This document shows, piece after piece, positions 25,100 to 33,901 of a DNA stretch of 63,435 nucleotides. A program made the position numbers and the translations under genes. The DNA is from Patescibacteria group bacterium (GTDB lineage Bacteria; Pseudomonadota; Alphaproteobacteria; Micavibrionales; UBA2020). Every line of letters starts with the position of its first letter. Positions within the stretch are counted from its first letter, which is position 1. The notes under the pieces were generated by a model. That model had not been told where the DNA came from, ran no database searches, and saw only the letters and a program-made list of their open reading frames with translations. The stretch spans positions 1-63,435 of the forward strand of contig DASPMW010000106.1 in the NCBI GenBank assembly GCA_035626855.1. The letters run 5' to 3'.

Positions 25100-25831
25100 T
25101 CAACCGACGTCTTCGCTATTGCTGACGAGCTTTTCCAGCACATCCGTCATCAGCGCGCGTGCGCGGTGCCCGGCAAAGCCCGGACCTTCATGGTCGACAA
25201 GCGCGGCGAATAGCAGGCGCCGCTGTCCGCGCTCGCACCAGCCGATAAACCATCCGCGCTGCTTCCCTGCCGCGCGATCCGTATAGCCCGAGCCTGTCTT
25301 GCCGAACATCCGACCGCCCGCGAGGTCGCCGGCGAAAATGAGCGGCGCGGTTTTAGCGAGGGCGCTTTCGGAAACCGGCAATTGCAGAAGCAACAACCGG
25401 CGCAGGAACTGCACCTGTTCGCGCGGCGAGATCTGCAGCGAGCTGACGAGCCAGCTATTCGTGAGGCCGTTATTTTTTCCGGGGTCGCCCGAAATATCGC
25501 CGTTGCCGTAGTCGAACTCGCGCAGGTAATGGGCGAATTTTTCCGCGCCCAGCGTTTCGGTGATGACCTGGGAGTACCAGAGACAGGAATGGTGCATCCA
25601 GCCCATTGGATCAAAGCTCTGCCGCCAGCTCTCCAGCATCACGGGCACGCGCGCCTCGTAGTTCGCGGCGAAGGGCCAGACAGGATTCTTGGCGTCATGT
25701 AAAATTCCGCTGTCGAAGCCCATCAGCGCCAGCGGGATCTTGAAGGTCGAGCAGGGTGACCAGCGGGCGTCGATATCGCCTTCCGCTTCGAGAATTTCAT
25801 CGGTATCAAAATCGGTGACGAGCCAGGGCAT
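25100..25831 (-). CDS. Class D (OXA-like) serine beta-lactamase/transpeptidase-fold protein, no signal peptide
   Basis: S28-T-F-K31, SCLWYSQ, YGNGDISG, WLVSSLQISP, FGKTGSG, GWFIGW; GGAGG RBS. Confidence 0.88.
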   Translation of the reverse strand: MPWLVTDFDTDEILEAEGDIDARWSPCSTFKIPLALMGFDSGILHDAKNPVWPFAANYEARVPVMLESWRQSFDPMGWMHHSCLWYSQVITETLGAEKFAHYLREFDYGNGDISGDPGKNNGLTNSWLVSSLQISPREQVQFLRRLLLLQLPVSESALAKTAPLIFAGDLAGGRMFGKTGSGYTDRAAGKQRGWFIGWCERGQRRLLFAALVDHEGPGFAGHRARALMTDVLEKLVSNSEDVG

Positions 25832-25850
25832 TGGGTTCCTCCGGGAAATC

Positions 25851-25922
25851 TCACTGAGAGCGAAGCGAAGAATCTCCCTTCTGGTTCCACAACAGGGAGA
25901 TCCTTCTTTCGCTCAGGATGAC
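25851..25922. repeat. REP-like palindromic element (..GAGCGAAGCGAAGAATCTCCCT...AGGGAGATCCTTC...GCTCAGGATGAC)
   Basis: Long imperfect inverted repeat ending in GGATGAC. Confidence 0.7.
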
Positions 25923-25928
25923 AGGGAG

Positions 25929-26426
25929 TTAAGCGTTCTTGTCGCTCATCACGCGGGATTTTTCGCGCTGCCAGTCGCGGTCTTTTTCCGCCGCGCGCTT
26001 GTCATGCTGCTTTTTCCCGGTCGCGATGCCGAGTTCGACCTTGGCGATGCCGCGATCGTTGAAATAGATGGACAGCGGGATCAGCGTCGTGCCCTTGCGC
26101 TGCACCGCGCCGATCAGCTTGTTCATCTGGTTCTTGTGGAGCAGCAGCTTGCGCGGACGGCGGACGTCATGCTGCCACTTCGCGTTCGATTTCGTGTATT
26201 CGGGGATATGCGCGTTGACGAGGAAAATCTCGGATCCTTCAACGGCGGCGTAGCTTTCGTTGATGCTCGCCTGGCCGGTGCGGAGCGATTTGACCTCGGT
26301 GCCGGTCAGGATGATGCCGGCCTCCATCGCATCCTCGATAAAGTAGGTGAACCGCGCCTTGCGGTTCTGGGCGACGGTCTTGTTATTGGGGTCTTTCTTG
26401 CCCTGGCTTTTGTTTTTTCCCGTCAT
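25929..26426 (-). CDS. smpB: SsrA-binding protein SmpB
   Basis: [41 protein letters not shown]. Confidence 0.97.
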   Translation of the reverse strand: MTGKNKSQGKKDPNNKTVAQNRKARFTYFIEDAMEAGIILTGTEVKSLRTGQASINESYAAVEGSEIFLVNAHIPEYTKSNAKWQHDVRRPRKLLLHKNQMNKLIGAVQRKGTTLIPLSIYFNDRGIAKVELGIATGKKQHDKRAAEKDRDWQREKSRVMSDKNA

Positions 26427-26435
26427 GGCGGCGCA

Positions 26436-27353
26436 TCAGCGCTTTCCCGCCTTTTTCAGCGTCTTCTTGCCGAGCTTGAAGATGCCGGCGAATTCCATCG
26501 CCTCGTCGAGTTTGGCGCGCGTCGCTGGCGTCACCGGCACGAGCGGCAGGCGGGTTTCTTCGGCGCATTTGCCAAGGCGCGACAGGCAGTATTTCGCAGG
26601 GCTCGGGTTGGTTTCGGCAAAGAGGTATTTATGCAGCGGCAGCAGGCTGTCGCGCGCTTTTTCAAAGCCCTTCCAGTTCTTTTGCTGCCAGCTGATATGC
26701 AGGTCGGCGCAAATGCGCGGCGCGACGTTGGCGGTGACGGAAATGCAGCCATGGCCGCCCTGCGCGAGATAGGCGGCGACTGTCGCGTCCTCCCCCGAGA
26801 GCTGGACGAATTCGTCACCGAGCGCAACGCGCAAGGCAAGCGGGCGGCTGAGATCGACCGAGGCGTCCTTGATGCCGGCGACACGCTTCAAACCCGCGCA
26901 GCGGATAACAGTTTCCACGGAAAGATCGACGCCGGTGCGGCCCGGGACGTTATACAAAATGATCGGCAGGCCCTGCGCGTCGTTCACCGCCTTGTAGTGC
27001 TGGAACAAGCCCTCCTGCGTAGGCTTGTTATAATAGGGGGTAACGACTAGAATGCCATCAGCACCGCTTTTGTCGGCGAAGCGCGCCAGATCAACCGCAG
27101 TTTCGGTCGAGTTGGAGCCTGTCCCCGCGATGACCGGCACCCGGCCGTCCGCGGCCTCGATGCAGGCTTTGATGAGGGATTTGTGTTCGCTTTCCGACAG
27201 GGTCGGCGTCTCACCCGTTGTCCCGCAAGGAACAAGCCCATGAGTCCCGCTGGCGATATGCCACTCGACAAGCTTCTGGAACGCGTCGACATCCACCTTG
27301 CCCTTGCGGAAGGGGGTGACGAGTGCGACGTAGGATCCTTTAAAGCGGGCCAT
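26436..27353 (-). CDS. dapA: 4-hydroxy-tetrahydrodipicolinate synthase
   Basis: ALVTPF, CGTTGE, PYYNKP, YNVPGRTG, GIKDAS. Confidence 0.96.
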   Translation of the reverse strand: MARFKGSYVALVTPFRKGKVDVDAFQKLVEWHIASGTHGLVPCGTTGETPTLSESEHKSLIKACIEAADGRVPVIAGTGSNSTETAVDLARFADKSGADGILVVTPYYNKPTQEGLFQHYKAVNDAQGLPIILYNVPGRTGVDLSVETVIRCAGLKRVAGIKDASVDLSRPLALRVALGDEFVQLSGEDATVAAYLAQGGHGCISVTANVAPRICADLHISWQQKNWKGFEKARDSLLPLHKYLFAETNPSPAKYCLSRLGKCAEETRLPLVPVTPATRAKLDEAMEFAGIFKLGKKTLKKAGKR

Positions 27354-27401
27354 GGCAGTTCTCCGGTTGCGCCCGCTGTTGCGGACATACGCGGCCAGAA
27401 T

Positions 27402-29456
27402 ATGTCATTTTTAGGCGGATTGGCAAGGGTCTTGGCCGTGGTGGCAGGCTTGGGAATCGCCGGTTTTGCAGGCATTTCTGCCACATACGGCGCGGAAACG
27501 AAGCATAAGACCGCGACAAAAACCGCAACCGCCAAGCCGGCGGCAAAGAAAACCGCCGCGAAGCCGGCCAAAAAAACCGCCGCTAAAAAACCCGCGCCGA
27601 AGCAGCCCGTCGCATCATCGATGGATGCCGACTGGCCGAAAACCTTTGCGCTCATCAAGAACCATGCCGACCCGATCGGCGCGAAGCTGATCACCTGGAT
27701 CTATGTGACGGAAACGAACCTGCCGGTCGCGCCGCACCAGCTGATCGAGTTCGTGCGCGCGAACCCAGACTGGCCGAAGCTTTATATCTTCCGCCGCAAG
27801 ATCGAGGAGAACCTCGCCCGCGCCGGCAACGCGGCGGAAACCGTGGCCTGGTTCTCCCAGAATCCGCCGACCACCTATACCGGGGAGAAGGGCTATATCG
27901 ACGCGCTGATCCGCACCGGCAAGGTGCTGGAGGCCCGAACGGCGCTCAATAAATTCTGGAAGGATGCCGAGCTCAACAAGAACCAGACCGCCGCGATGAT
28001 CGCCTCCTACAAGAGCGGCTTCGCGCCGCACGCGCATGCCGAGCGGCTCGATCACCTGATCTGGGAAGGACGACATAGCGAGGCTGAATACATGCTCGCT
28101 TTCGTTGATCCGGGGCAGCGCGCGGCTGCGCAGGCGCGCATCGCGCTCGCGCGCATGTCGAAGAACGCCGAGGGCCTGCTTGCCGCCGTGCCCCCCGCCT
28201 ACCAGAAAGGCGAAGGCCTGATGTTCGAGCGGCTGCGCTGGCGCCGGCGCAAGAACATGGATGCGGGCGCGCTGGAAATGCTCGCGCAGATGCCAGCGAA
28301 AACCCTGCGGCCGGATATGTGGTGGGGGGAGATCAATATCCTCGGGCGGCGGCGGCTGGAATTGCGGGACTATGCCGGTGCGTTCAAGATTGTCTCGCGC
28401 CACCAGCTGACCGAAGGCATCGAGTTCGCGCAGGCGGAATGGATGCTCGGCTGGCTGCAGCTGCGTTATATGAACCAACCGCTGAAGGCCTATTACCATT
28501 TCGAGGCCATGTACAAGAAAGTCTCGACCGCGATCAGCCATTCGCGCGGCGCCTACTGGGCGGCGCGCGCGGCGGAGAAGGCCTTCCCCGGCCAGCCGAC
28601 CGCCGTCGAGTGGGAGAAAATTTCGGCGCGCTTCGTCTCGACCTTCTACGGGCAGCTGAGCTACGAGAAGCTGTATGGCCGCCCCTCCCCCGCCATCTTC
28701 AAGGAACCACCGGTTTCGCCAGCAGCGGAGGCTGCGTTCAAGAACAACGAGCTGGCGCGCGCGGTGCGCGTGCTGAACGGGCTCGGGCTCAAGACGATCC
28801 TCGATCCTTTCCTCGCCCGGCTTATTGCCGACGCCAAAACCAAGGATGATTACAATCTGGTCGCCCGCCTCGCGCGGGAGACGGAGCGTTATTACTACGC
28901 GGTGCAGGCGAACAAGGACTGCCAGCAGCATCTCGGCCAGTTCCTATTTTTCGAAGGGTATCCGACCCTGCCGCCGCTGCCCCTTGCCTCGCCGGAAAAG
29001 GCGCTTGTGCATGCAATCATCCACCGCGAGAGCATGTTCAACCCGCAGGCGATGTCGCCGGTCGGCGCGCGCGGGCTGATGCAGCTTATGCCCGGCACCG
29101 CGCGCATGATGGCCAGGCAGACGGCGCAGGCCTATGACGAAGCGAAGCTCACGCGCGACCCCCGCTATAACGCGCTGCTCGGCGAGGCTTACCTGCAGGG
29201 CCTCATTTCCGATTATGCCGGCTTCTACCCGATGGCGATCGCCGCCTATAATGCCGGTCCCGGCAACGTGCGGAAATGGAACCTGGCCTTCAGTGACCCG
29301 CGGCTCGGGCAGATCGACGTCATCGACTGGATCGAGCATATCCCGATCTACGAGACGCGCAATTACATCCAGCGGGTGATGGAATCCTATTATATCTACC
29401 GGCTGCGTTTCGGCGAAAACCCGAAAACCATTCTCGATTTCGTGCCGAAGCGCTAA
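27402..29456 (+). CDS. slt: Soluble lytic murein transglycosylase (Slt70-like)
   Basis: Helical repeats then SLT domain AIIHRES, GARGLMQLMPGTA, AAYNAGPG, IPIYETRNY; start placed at MSFLGG. Confidence 0.9.
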   Translation: MSFLGGLARVLAVVAGLGIAGFAGISATYGAETKHKTATKTATAKPAAKKTAAKPAKKTAAKKPAPKQPVASSMDADWPKTFALIKNHADPIGAKLITWIYVTETNLPVAPHQLIEFVRANPDWPKLYIFRRKIEENLARAGNAAETVAWFSQNPPTTYTGEKGYIDALIRTGKVLEARTALNKFWKDAELNKNQTAAMIASYKSGFAPHAHAERLDHLIWEGRHSEAEYMLAFVDPGQRAAAQARIALARMSKNAEGLLAAVPPAYQKGEGLMFERLRWRRRKNMDAGALEMLAQMPAKTLRPDMWWGEINILGRRRLELRDYAGAFKIVSRHQLTEGIEFAQAEWMLGWLQLRYMNQPLKAYYHFEAMYKKVSTAISHSRGAYWAARAAEKAFPGQPTAVEWEKISARFVSTFYGQLSYEKLYGRPSPAIFKEPPVSPAAEAAFKNNELARAVRVLNGLGLKTILDPFLARLIADAKTKDDYNLVARLARETERYYYAVQANKDCQQHLGQFLFFEGYPTLPPLPLASPEKALVHAIIHRESMFNPQAMSPVGARGLMQLMPGTARMMARQTAQAYDEAKLTRDPRYNALLGEAYLQGLISDYAGFYPMAIAAYNAGPGNVRKWNLAFSDPRLGQIDVIDWIEHIPIYETRNYIQRVMESYYIYRLRFGENPKTILDFVPKR

Positions 29457-29529
29457 GCAATCCTGAGTTGTCGCAAGAATGAAACTCGCGTAATATTTGC
29501 GTGTTGGTCCCTTTGGGAAAACATCACGC

Positions 29530-31122
29530 ATGGCGCAGACGCTGACCGAGAATTCCACCGCTCCCCCCGGCGAAGGCGCCGGGTTCAAGGAAGTGACTGG
29601 AGCGATTGCATACGATGATATTCCGCCACTGCGCGCCAGGGTTACGGACTTCCTGAAAAGCCAGCGCGTCGATAAAGCCTATGCCAGCATGGTCGCGCTG
29701 ACCGTCACTGAGATCCTTACCAACCTGGTCCGCCATCCGCCCCAAAAACCGACCCACATCGAAATCCGCCTGCGCATGGCGGGGCGCAATGCGCTGATTG
29801 ATATCGCGGATAACAGCACGCCTTTCGCGGATTTCGAGGCGAAATGCAAAACTGCGCTCGGGCGGCTCGACGCGGCGAACCTGCTGTTGGAGGATGGTTA
29901 CGGCCTCGGCGTCATCCTGAAACAGCACAGCCAAGCGAGCTATACGCCCGCCGATAAGAGCCCCGACCAGCTGAATCATTTCCGGGTGCGCGACACGAAA
30001 GCAGGCGAGGCACCCGCCAAAAACCGCCTGTTCCTCGTGGATGACGACCCGATCGCGCTGAAGCGGCATGCGGAGATGCTGGGCGATATTTACGATATCA
30101 CCACCTTTGACACGCCGGCTGAGGCGATCCGCGCCTTCCGCGCCGGGCGCCCGGACCTTGTCGTTTCCGATCTCAATATGCCGGAGATGGACGGGGCGGA
30201 CCTGCGCCGCGCGCTGTCGGCCCTGCCCGGCGGCGATACGACGCCGTTCATTTTTCTCTCCGCCGATCACGATAGCGAGCACAGCCAGTATATCAGCGAG
30301 CTCGGCGTCGACGATTTCCTGACCAAGCCGGTCGCGCGCGAGCGGCTGCGCAGCGTGGTCGCGCGGCTGATCACGCGCAGCCTGCAAGTGCGGCAGGGGT
30401 TGGAGGGAAAATTCCAGCAGGACCTGACCCGCGCGCTGGCGCCCGCGCTGCCGGAAAGCTTTGGCGGCTGGCGGCTGACGGTGCTGACGGAGGCGGCAGA
30501 GGCCGGCGGCGGGGATTTCACGCTGCATCATGAAACGCCCGCGCATATGCTCTGCGTGCTTGCCGATGTGATGGGCCATGGGCCGCAGGCGAAGTTCTTT
30601 GCCTATGCCTATGCCGGCTATCTGCGCAGCCTGTTTCGCCAGCAGGCGAAGGATAGCGCCGATCCTGCGCAGTTCCTGAAATCCCTGAGCGCGGCGATTG
30701 ACGGGGACCCCTTCCTCGAATCCGTCATCCTGACCGCGCAGGGGTTCCAGCTGTTCCCGAAGGGCGCGGTCGCCATCGCATCGGCCGGCCATCCCGCTCC
30801 GATCCTCGTGCGCGCGGAAGGCGCAGAAGCGATTGCGATTGCCGGCCCCCTGCCCGCCCTCGGCAGCGTCGGCGGCTATGCGCTGAAGACGCTGCAGCTC
30901 GACGAAAACGACAAGATTATATTCGCAACAGACGGCTTCCTCGACGCATTCGAACAAGGCAGAGACCGCGCGGCGCTGCTGCGGCTCGCGTCGGAGCATG
31001 CGGCCGCCCCTCCCGCCGAGCTTGGCGCGGCGCTGTGGCGCGGCTGGCGCGCGGGCGCGGAAAAGAATCGCAACAAGGACGACGCTACGCTGATCGTCGC
31101 CGCATTCGGAGGCAACACATGA
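29530..31122 (+). CDS. Fused RsbW-like HATPase - receiver - SpoIIE/PP2C phosphatase
   Basis: TEILTNLVRH and DGYGLG (kinase-like), LVDDD/VSDLNMP (REC), GGDF, LADVMGHG, ATDG, DDAT (PP2C). Confidence 0.85.
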   Translation: MAQTLTENSTAPPGEGAGFKEVTGAIAYDDIPPLRARVTDFLKSQRVDKAYASMVALTVTEILTNLVRHPPQKPTHIEIRLRMAGRNALIDIADNSTPFADFEAKCKTALGRLDAANLLLEDGYGLGVILKQHSQASYTPADKSPDQLNHFRVRDTKAGEAPAKNRLFLVDDDPIALKRHAEMLGDIYDITTFDTPAEAIRAFRAGRPDLVVSDLNMPEMDGADLRRALSALPGGDTTPFIFLSADHDSEHSQYISELGVDDFLTKPVARERLRSVVARLITRSLQVRQGLEGKFQQDLTRALAPALPESFGGWRLTVLTEAAEAGGGDFTLHHETPAHMLCVLADVMGHGPQAKFFAYAYAGYLRSLFRQQAKDSADPAQFLKSLSAAIDGDPFLESVILTAQGFQLFPKGAVAIASAGHPAPILVRAEGAEAIAIAGPLPALGSVGGYALKTLQLDENDKIIFATDGFLDAFEQGRDRAALLRLASEHAAAPPAELGAALWRGWRAGAEKNRNKDDATLIVAAFGGNT

Positions 31123-31469
31123 GCATCACCAGCCGCTTCGAGGTCAAAAACACGCCGCTCTACGCGCTGATCAAATTCATCGGCTTCGTCGATGCCAGCA
31201 CCGTGCTCTCTGCGCGACCTGCGCTGCAGCAGGAAGCGCCGCCATCCTGCGTCAATTTCGTCGTGGACCTGAGCGAGGCGGATTTCCTCGACAGTCATGG
31301 CGTGGGCCTGTTCGTGTCGCTGCTGAAGCGGGCCCATGCCAATCGCGGGCGCATCGTCTTCGCCGGCGCGACGGGGCAGCCGGAATCGGTGCTGCAAATG
31401 GTGGGGTTCAACGGCGAACTGGTGACCTATGTCGAGAGTCTGGCCGCTGCGGAAGAATTGCTGGCCTAA
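31119..31469 (+). CDS. STAS-domain anti-anti-sigma factor
   Basis: VVDLSEADFLDSHGVG with conserved phospho-Ser (S59); ATGA overlap with the upstream gene. Confidence 0.9.
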   Translation: MSITSRFEVKNTPLYALIKFIGFVDASTVLSARPALQQEAPPSCVNFVVDLSEADFLDSHGVGLFVSLLKRAHANRGRIVFAGATGQPESVLQMVGFNGELVTYVESLAAAEELLA

Positions 31470-31489
31470 AACATTAGACCTTCCTCGCC

Positions 31490-31515
31490 GTCCTCCCCGC
31501 CTGCGCGGGGATGAC
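31490..31515. repeat. Short REP-like hairpin GTCCTCCCCGC-CTGC-GCGGGGATGAC
   Basis: Same GCGGGGATGAC end as the 17928-18018 element. Confidence 0.6.
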
Positions 31516-31522
31516 GATAAAT

Positions 31523-31554
31523 AAAAACGCCGGGAATAAATCCCGGCGTTTTTT
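31523..31554. terminator. Bidirectional terminator
   Basis: aaaaacgccggga-ataaa-tcccggcgtttttt. Confidence 0.8.
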
Positions 31555-31575
31555 ATTGCATCCGCGAAGATGCGG

Positions 31576-31698
31576 TTACTTGGTCGGCGTCTTGGGCGCG
31601 TCCTGCGCGGGGCCCGAGCGGTTCTGGGTAGGCGCACCCGGAACGAATTGTTTTTGCTGCGAGGGGTTTTGACCCAGTTTAGCTTTCATGCTTGCCAT
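31576..31698 (-). CDS. Candidate 40-aa small protein MASMKAKLGQNPSQQKQFVPGAPTQNRSGPAQDAPKTPTK
   Basis: Translated by hand. It has an upstream sigma70-like promoter, a GGA RBS-like motif and a downstream terminator. Confidence 0.5.
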   Translation of the reverse strand: MASMKAKLGQNPSQQKQFVPGAPTQNRSGPAQDAPKTPTK

Positions 31699-31750
31699 AG
31701 CGTTTTATCCCTGTGGTAAGTCTCAATGATTCCGCGAACCAGTGTTGTTG

Positions 31751-31778
31751 ATTGTATATAAATACCTTTCGCTGTCAA
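31751..31778 (-). promoter_or_regulatory. Sigma70-like promoter TTGACA-N16-TACAAT
   Basis: Near-consensus hexamers on the minus strand, pointing at the 40-aa ORF. Confidence 0.65.
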
Positions 31779-31819
31779 AAAGTTTCTGCAAATCACTCGC
31801 AATTGCGGCGGCGCAGCGG

Positions 31820-33901
31820 TTACTTGGCACCGCTCTCCCGCCACCACATCCAGACCGCGCCGAGCAGAATAATTAATAAACTCAAGGCATTGGGCAGGAG
31901 TGCGAGACTCTCGATATTATCGATCGTATAAGCCGAGTTGCGCTTCATGCCGATCCAGTCATCGCCGCCCATCGCGCGGACATTCGACGAGACGTCCCGC
32001 AGCGCGAAATCCCGATTCTCCTGGAACCAGACGATCCCGCCGCCTGTCGCGTGGATGACGGGCTTCAGCTTTTCCTCGGTCGTATGGACATCGGCGAATT
32101 CCTCGTTGCGGGCCGAGCCTACGACGACGAATGCCTTCTTGAGGCCGTTGTCGAAGCTGTAAATGCCGTGATCGGGCGCCTGCACATTCGCGCGGATCCA
32201 GCCAGGTTCCTTGTCCGTCATTTTAACAAGTGACTGCGCGCCGGAGGGTGCGGTCATCATCACCGTCTTTTCCTCGGGCGTCAGGTCGCGCTCGGACACG
32301 GTAATCGTGTTGCCGCGGGCTTCGGCCTTGATGAAGTCGTCCTCGAGCTCCGGTTCCTTCATGAGCCAGTGGGCGAGATTGCGCAGGAGCTCGGTGTAAG
32401 GGCCGGACTGGCCGCCGATGCCCTTGCCCCAGAGCCAGACGTTGTCCGAGGCGAGCACGGCGGCGCGGCCCTCCGCCACTTTGTCGATGACCAGCAGCGG
32501 GCGGCCGTCGATGCCGGTCATGAGCGTTTCGCCGCGCTGTTTCATGGTTTCGGCCTGCGCGTACCACTGGCCCCATTTCTTTTCGCGGAACTGGCGCATC
32601 AGGTCGGCGGTGATCGGGTGCTGCGCGCCGAGTGTCGAGAGCACGGGGCGGAATGGCAGGCGCGCAGTTTCGCCGCCCGTCGCCACCAGCGGCAGCTGGC
32701 TGTCAAGCGCCGCGCTGATGCTGCCGCCCGTAATGCCGAACTGTTTCGCCTCCGCCGTGCCGAGCGCCATGAGGAACGCCCCGCCCTGCCGGATGTAATT
32801 GGCGATATTCGTGAAGTAGGAAGGCTGCATGACCATGTTATATGCCTGGTAGCGGTCGAAGACGATCAGGTCGAAGTCCTTGATCTTTTTCTCGAACAAT
32901 TCCTCGACCGGGAAGACAATCAGCGACAACTGGTTCGGCGGCGTGGCATCCATCGATTCCGGCGAGCGCAGGATGGTGAAATGCACGAGGTCGATCGCGG
33001 GATCGGATTTCAATAGGTTGCGCCAGGCGCGTTCGCCCATATGCGGAGAGCCGGAGACCAGGAGCACGCGCAAACGGTCGCGGATGCCGTTGACGATGAC
33101 GGGCGCGCTGTTATTCCCGCCAGAAAGCTCGCCTTCCTCCACCGGCATCACGAATTCGAGGATGTTCTGGCCGGGATGGGAAATGCGGAAGCTGAATTCG
33201 CGTTCCTCGTTCGGCATCAGGCTTGCGACCTGCTCCGTCTGGCCGTCCTGCTTGATCGTGACGGTCGAGGGGGCATTCATGCTGCGGCCGAATTCCTCCA
33301 CCTTTACGCGGACGGTGACGTTTTCATTCAGCACGCCGTATTTAGGCGCGGCGACGACGGTGATCTTGCGGTCGAATTCCTTTCTGGTGCCGGTCAGCAC
33401 GGCATGAAAGGGACCGAGCCGGTCGAGCGCGCCGAGATCCTTCGGCACGTCATGCACCTGGCCGTCGGTGATGAGTACCGTGCCGGCAACCTGCGACATC
33501 GGGATGGTCGAGAGATTGTTACGCAGGAGGGTGAACAGGTTTGTTGATTCACTTTCCTGCGCCGTTGAGGAGCGGATGACCACTGGCTCGACATTCGACT
33601 TCTTGGCGAGCGTGGACTGGATATATTGCAGCGCTTCTTCGGCCACCTTGTCCCTGCCGCCGAGCTTCTGGCTGGGGCTGTCGTCCAGGATGATGACCAG
33701 CTTGTCAGGCAACCCCTGGCGGATTTCGTTCAGGATGACGGGGTTCAGCAACACCCCGATCAGGATAAAAAAGAACGCGGCGCGCCAGAAGAAATCGCGC
33801 ATCCGGCGGAAGACGGCCAGCGTCAGCGCGAACACCCCGAGCAGGCCGAGATAGATGTACCAGAATTGCGGCAGGTAGGGCGACCATTCGAAGGTTGTCA
33901 T
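31820..33901 (-). CDS. Conserved membrane protein with vWA-like and glutamine amidotransferase-like regions
   Basis: GTVLITDGQVHD, LRVLLVSGSPHMGERAWRNLLKSDPAIDLVHFTILR, RNLAHWLMKEPELE; last gene of the DUF58 operon. Confidence 0.75.
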   Translation of the reverse strand: MTTFEWSPYLPQFWYIYLGLLGVFALTLAVFRRMRDFFWRAAFFFILIGVLLNPVILNEIRQGLPDKLVIILDDSPSQKLGGRDKVAEEALQYIQSTLAKKSNVEPVVIRSSTAQESESTNLFTLLRNNLSTIPMSQVAGTVLITDGQVHDVPKDLGALDRLGPFHAVLTGTRKEFDRKITVVAAPKYGVLNENVTVRVKVEEFGRSMNAPSTVTIKQDGQTEQVASLMPNEEREFSFRISHPGQNILEFVMPVEEGELSGGNNSAPVIVNGIRDRLRVLLVSGSPHMGERAWRNLLKSDPAIDLVHFTILRSPESMDATPPNQLSLIVFPVEELFEKKIKDFDLIVFDRYQAYNMVMQPSYFTNIANYIRQGGAFLMALGTAEAKQFGITGGSISAALDSQLPLVATGGETARLPFRPVLSTLGAQHPITADLMRQFREKKWGQWYAQAETMKQRGETLMTGIDGRPLLVIDKVAEGRAAVLASDNVWLWGKGIGGQSGPYTELLRNLAHWLMKEPELEDDFIKAEARGNTITVSERDLTPEEKTVMMTAPSGAQSLVKMTDKEPGWIRANVQAPDHGIYSFDNGLKKAFVVVGSARNEEFADVHTTEEKLKPVIHATGGGIVWFQENRDFALRDVSSNVRAMGGDDWIGMKRNSAYTIDNIESLALLPNALSLLIILLGAVWMWWRESGAK

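Noticed and set aside
25832-25922. Idea that the REP element truncated the beta-lactamase signal peptide
   Set aside because: A strong GGAGG RBS lies 7 nt before the ATG and outside the repeat, so the short start looks native. An older truncation cannot be fully excluded.
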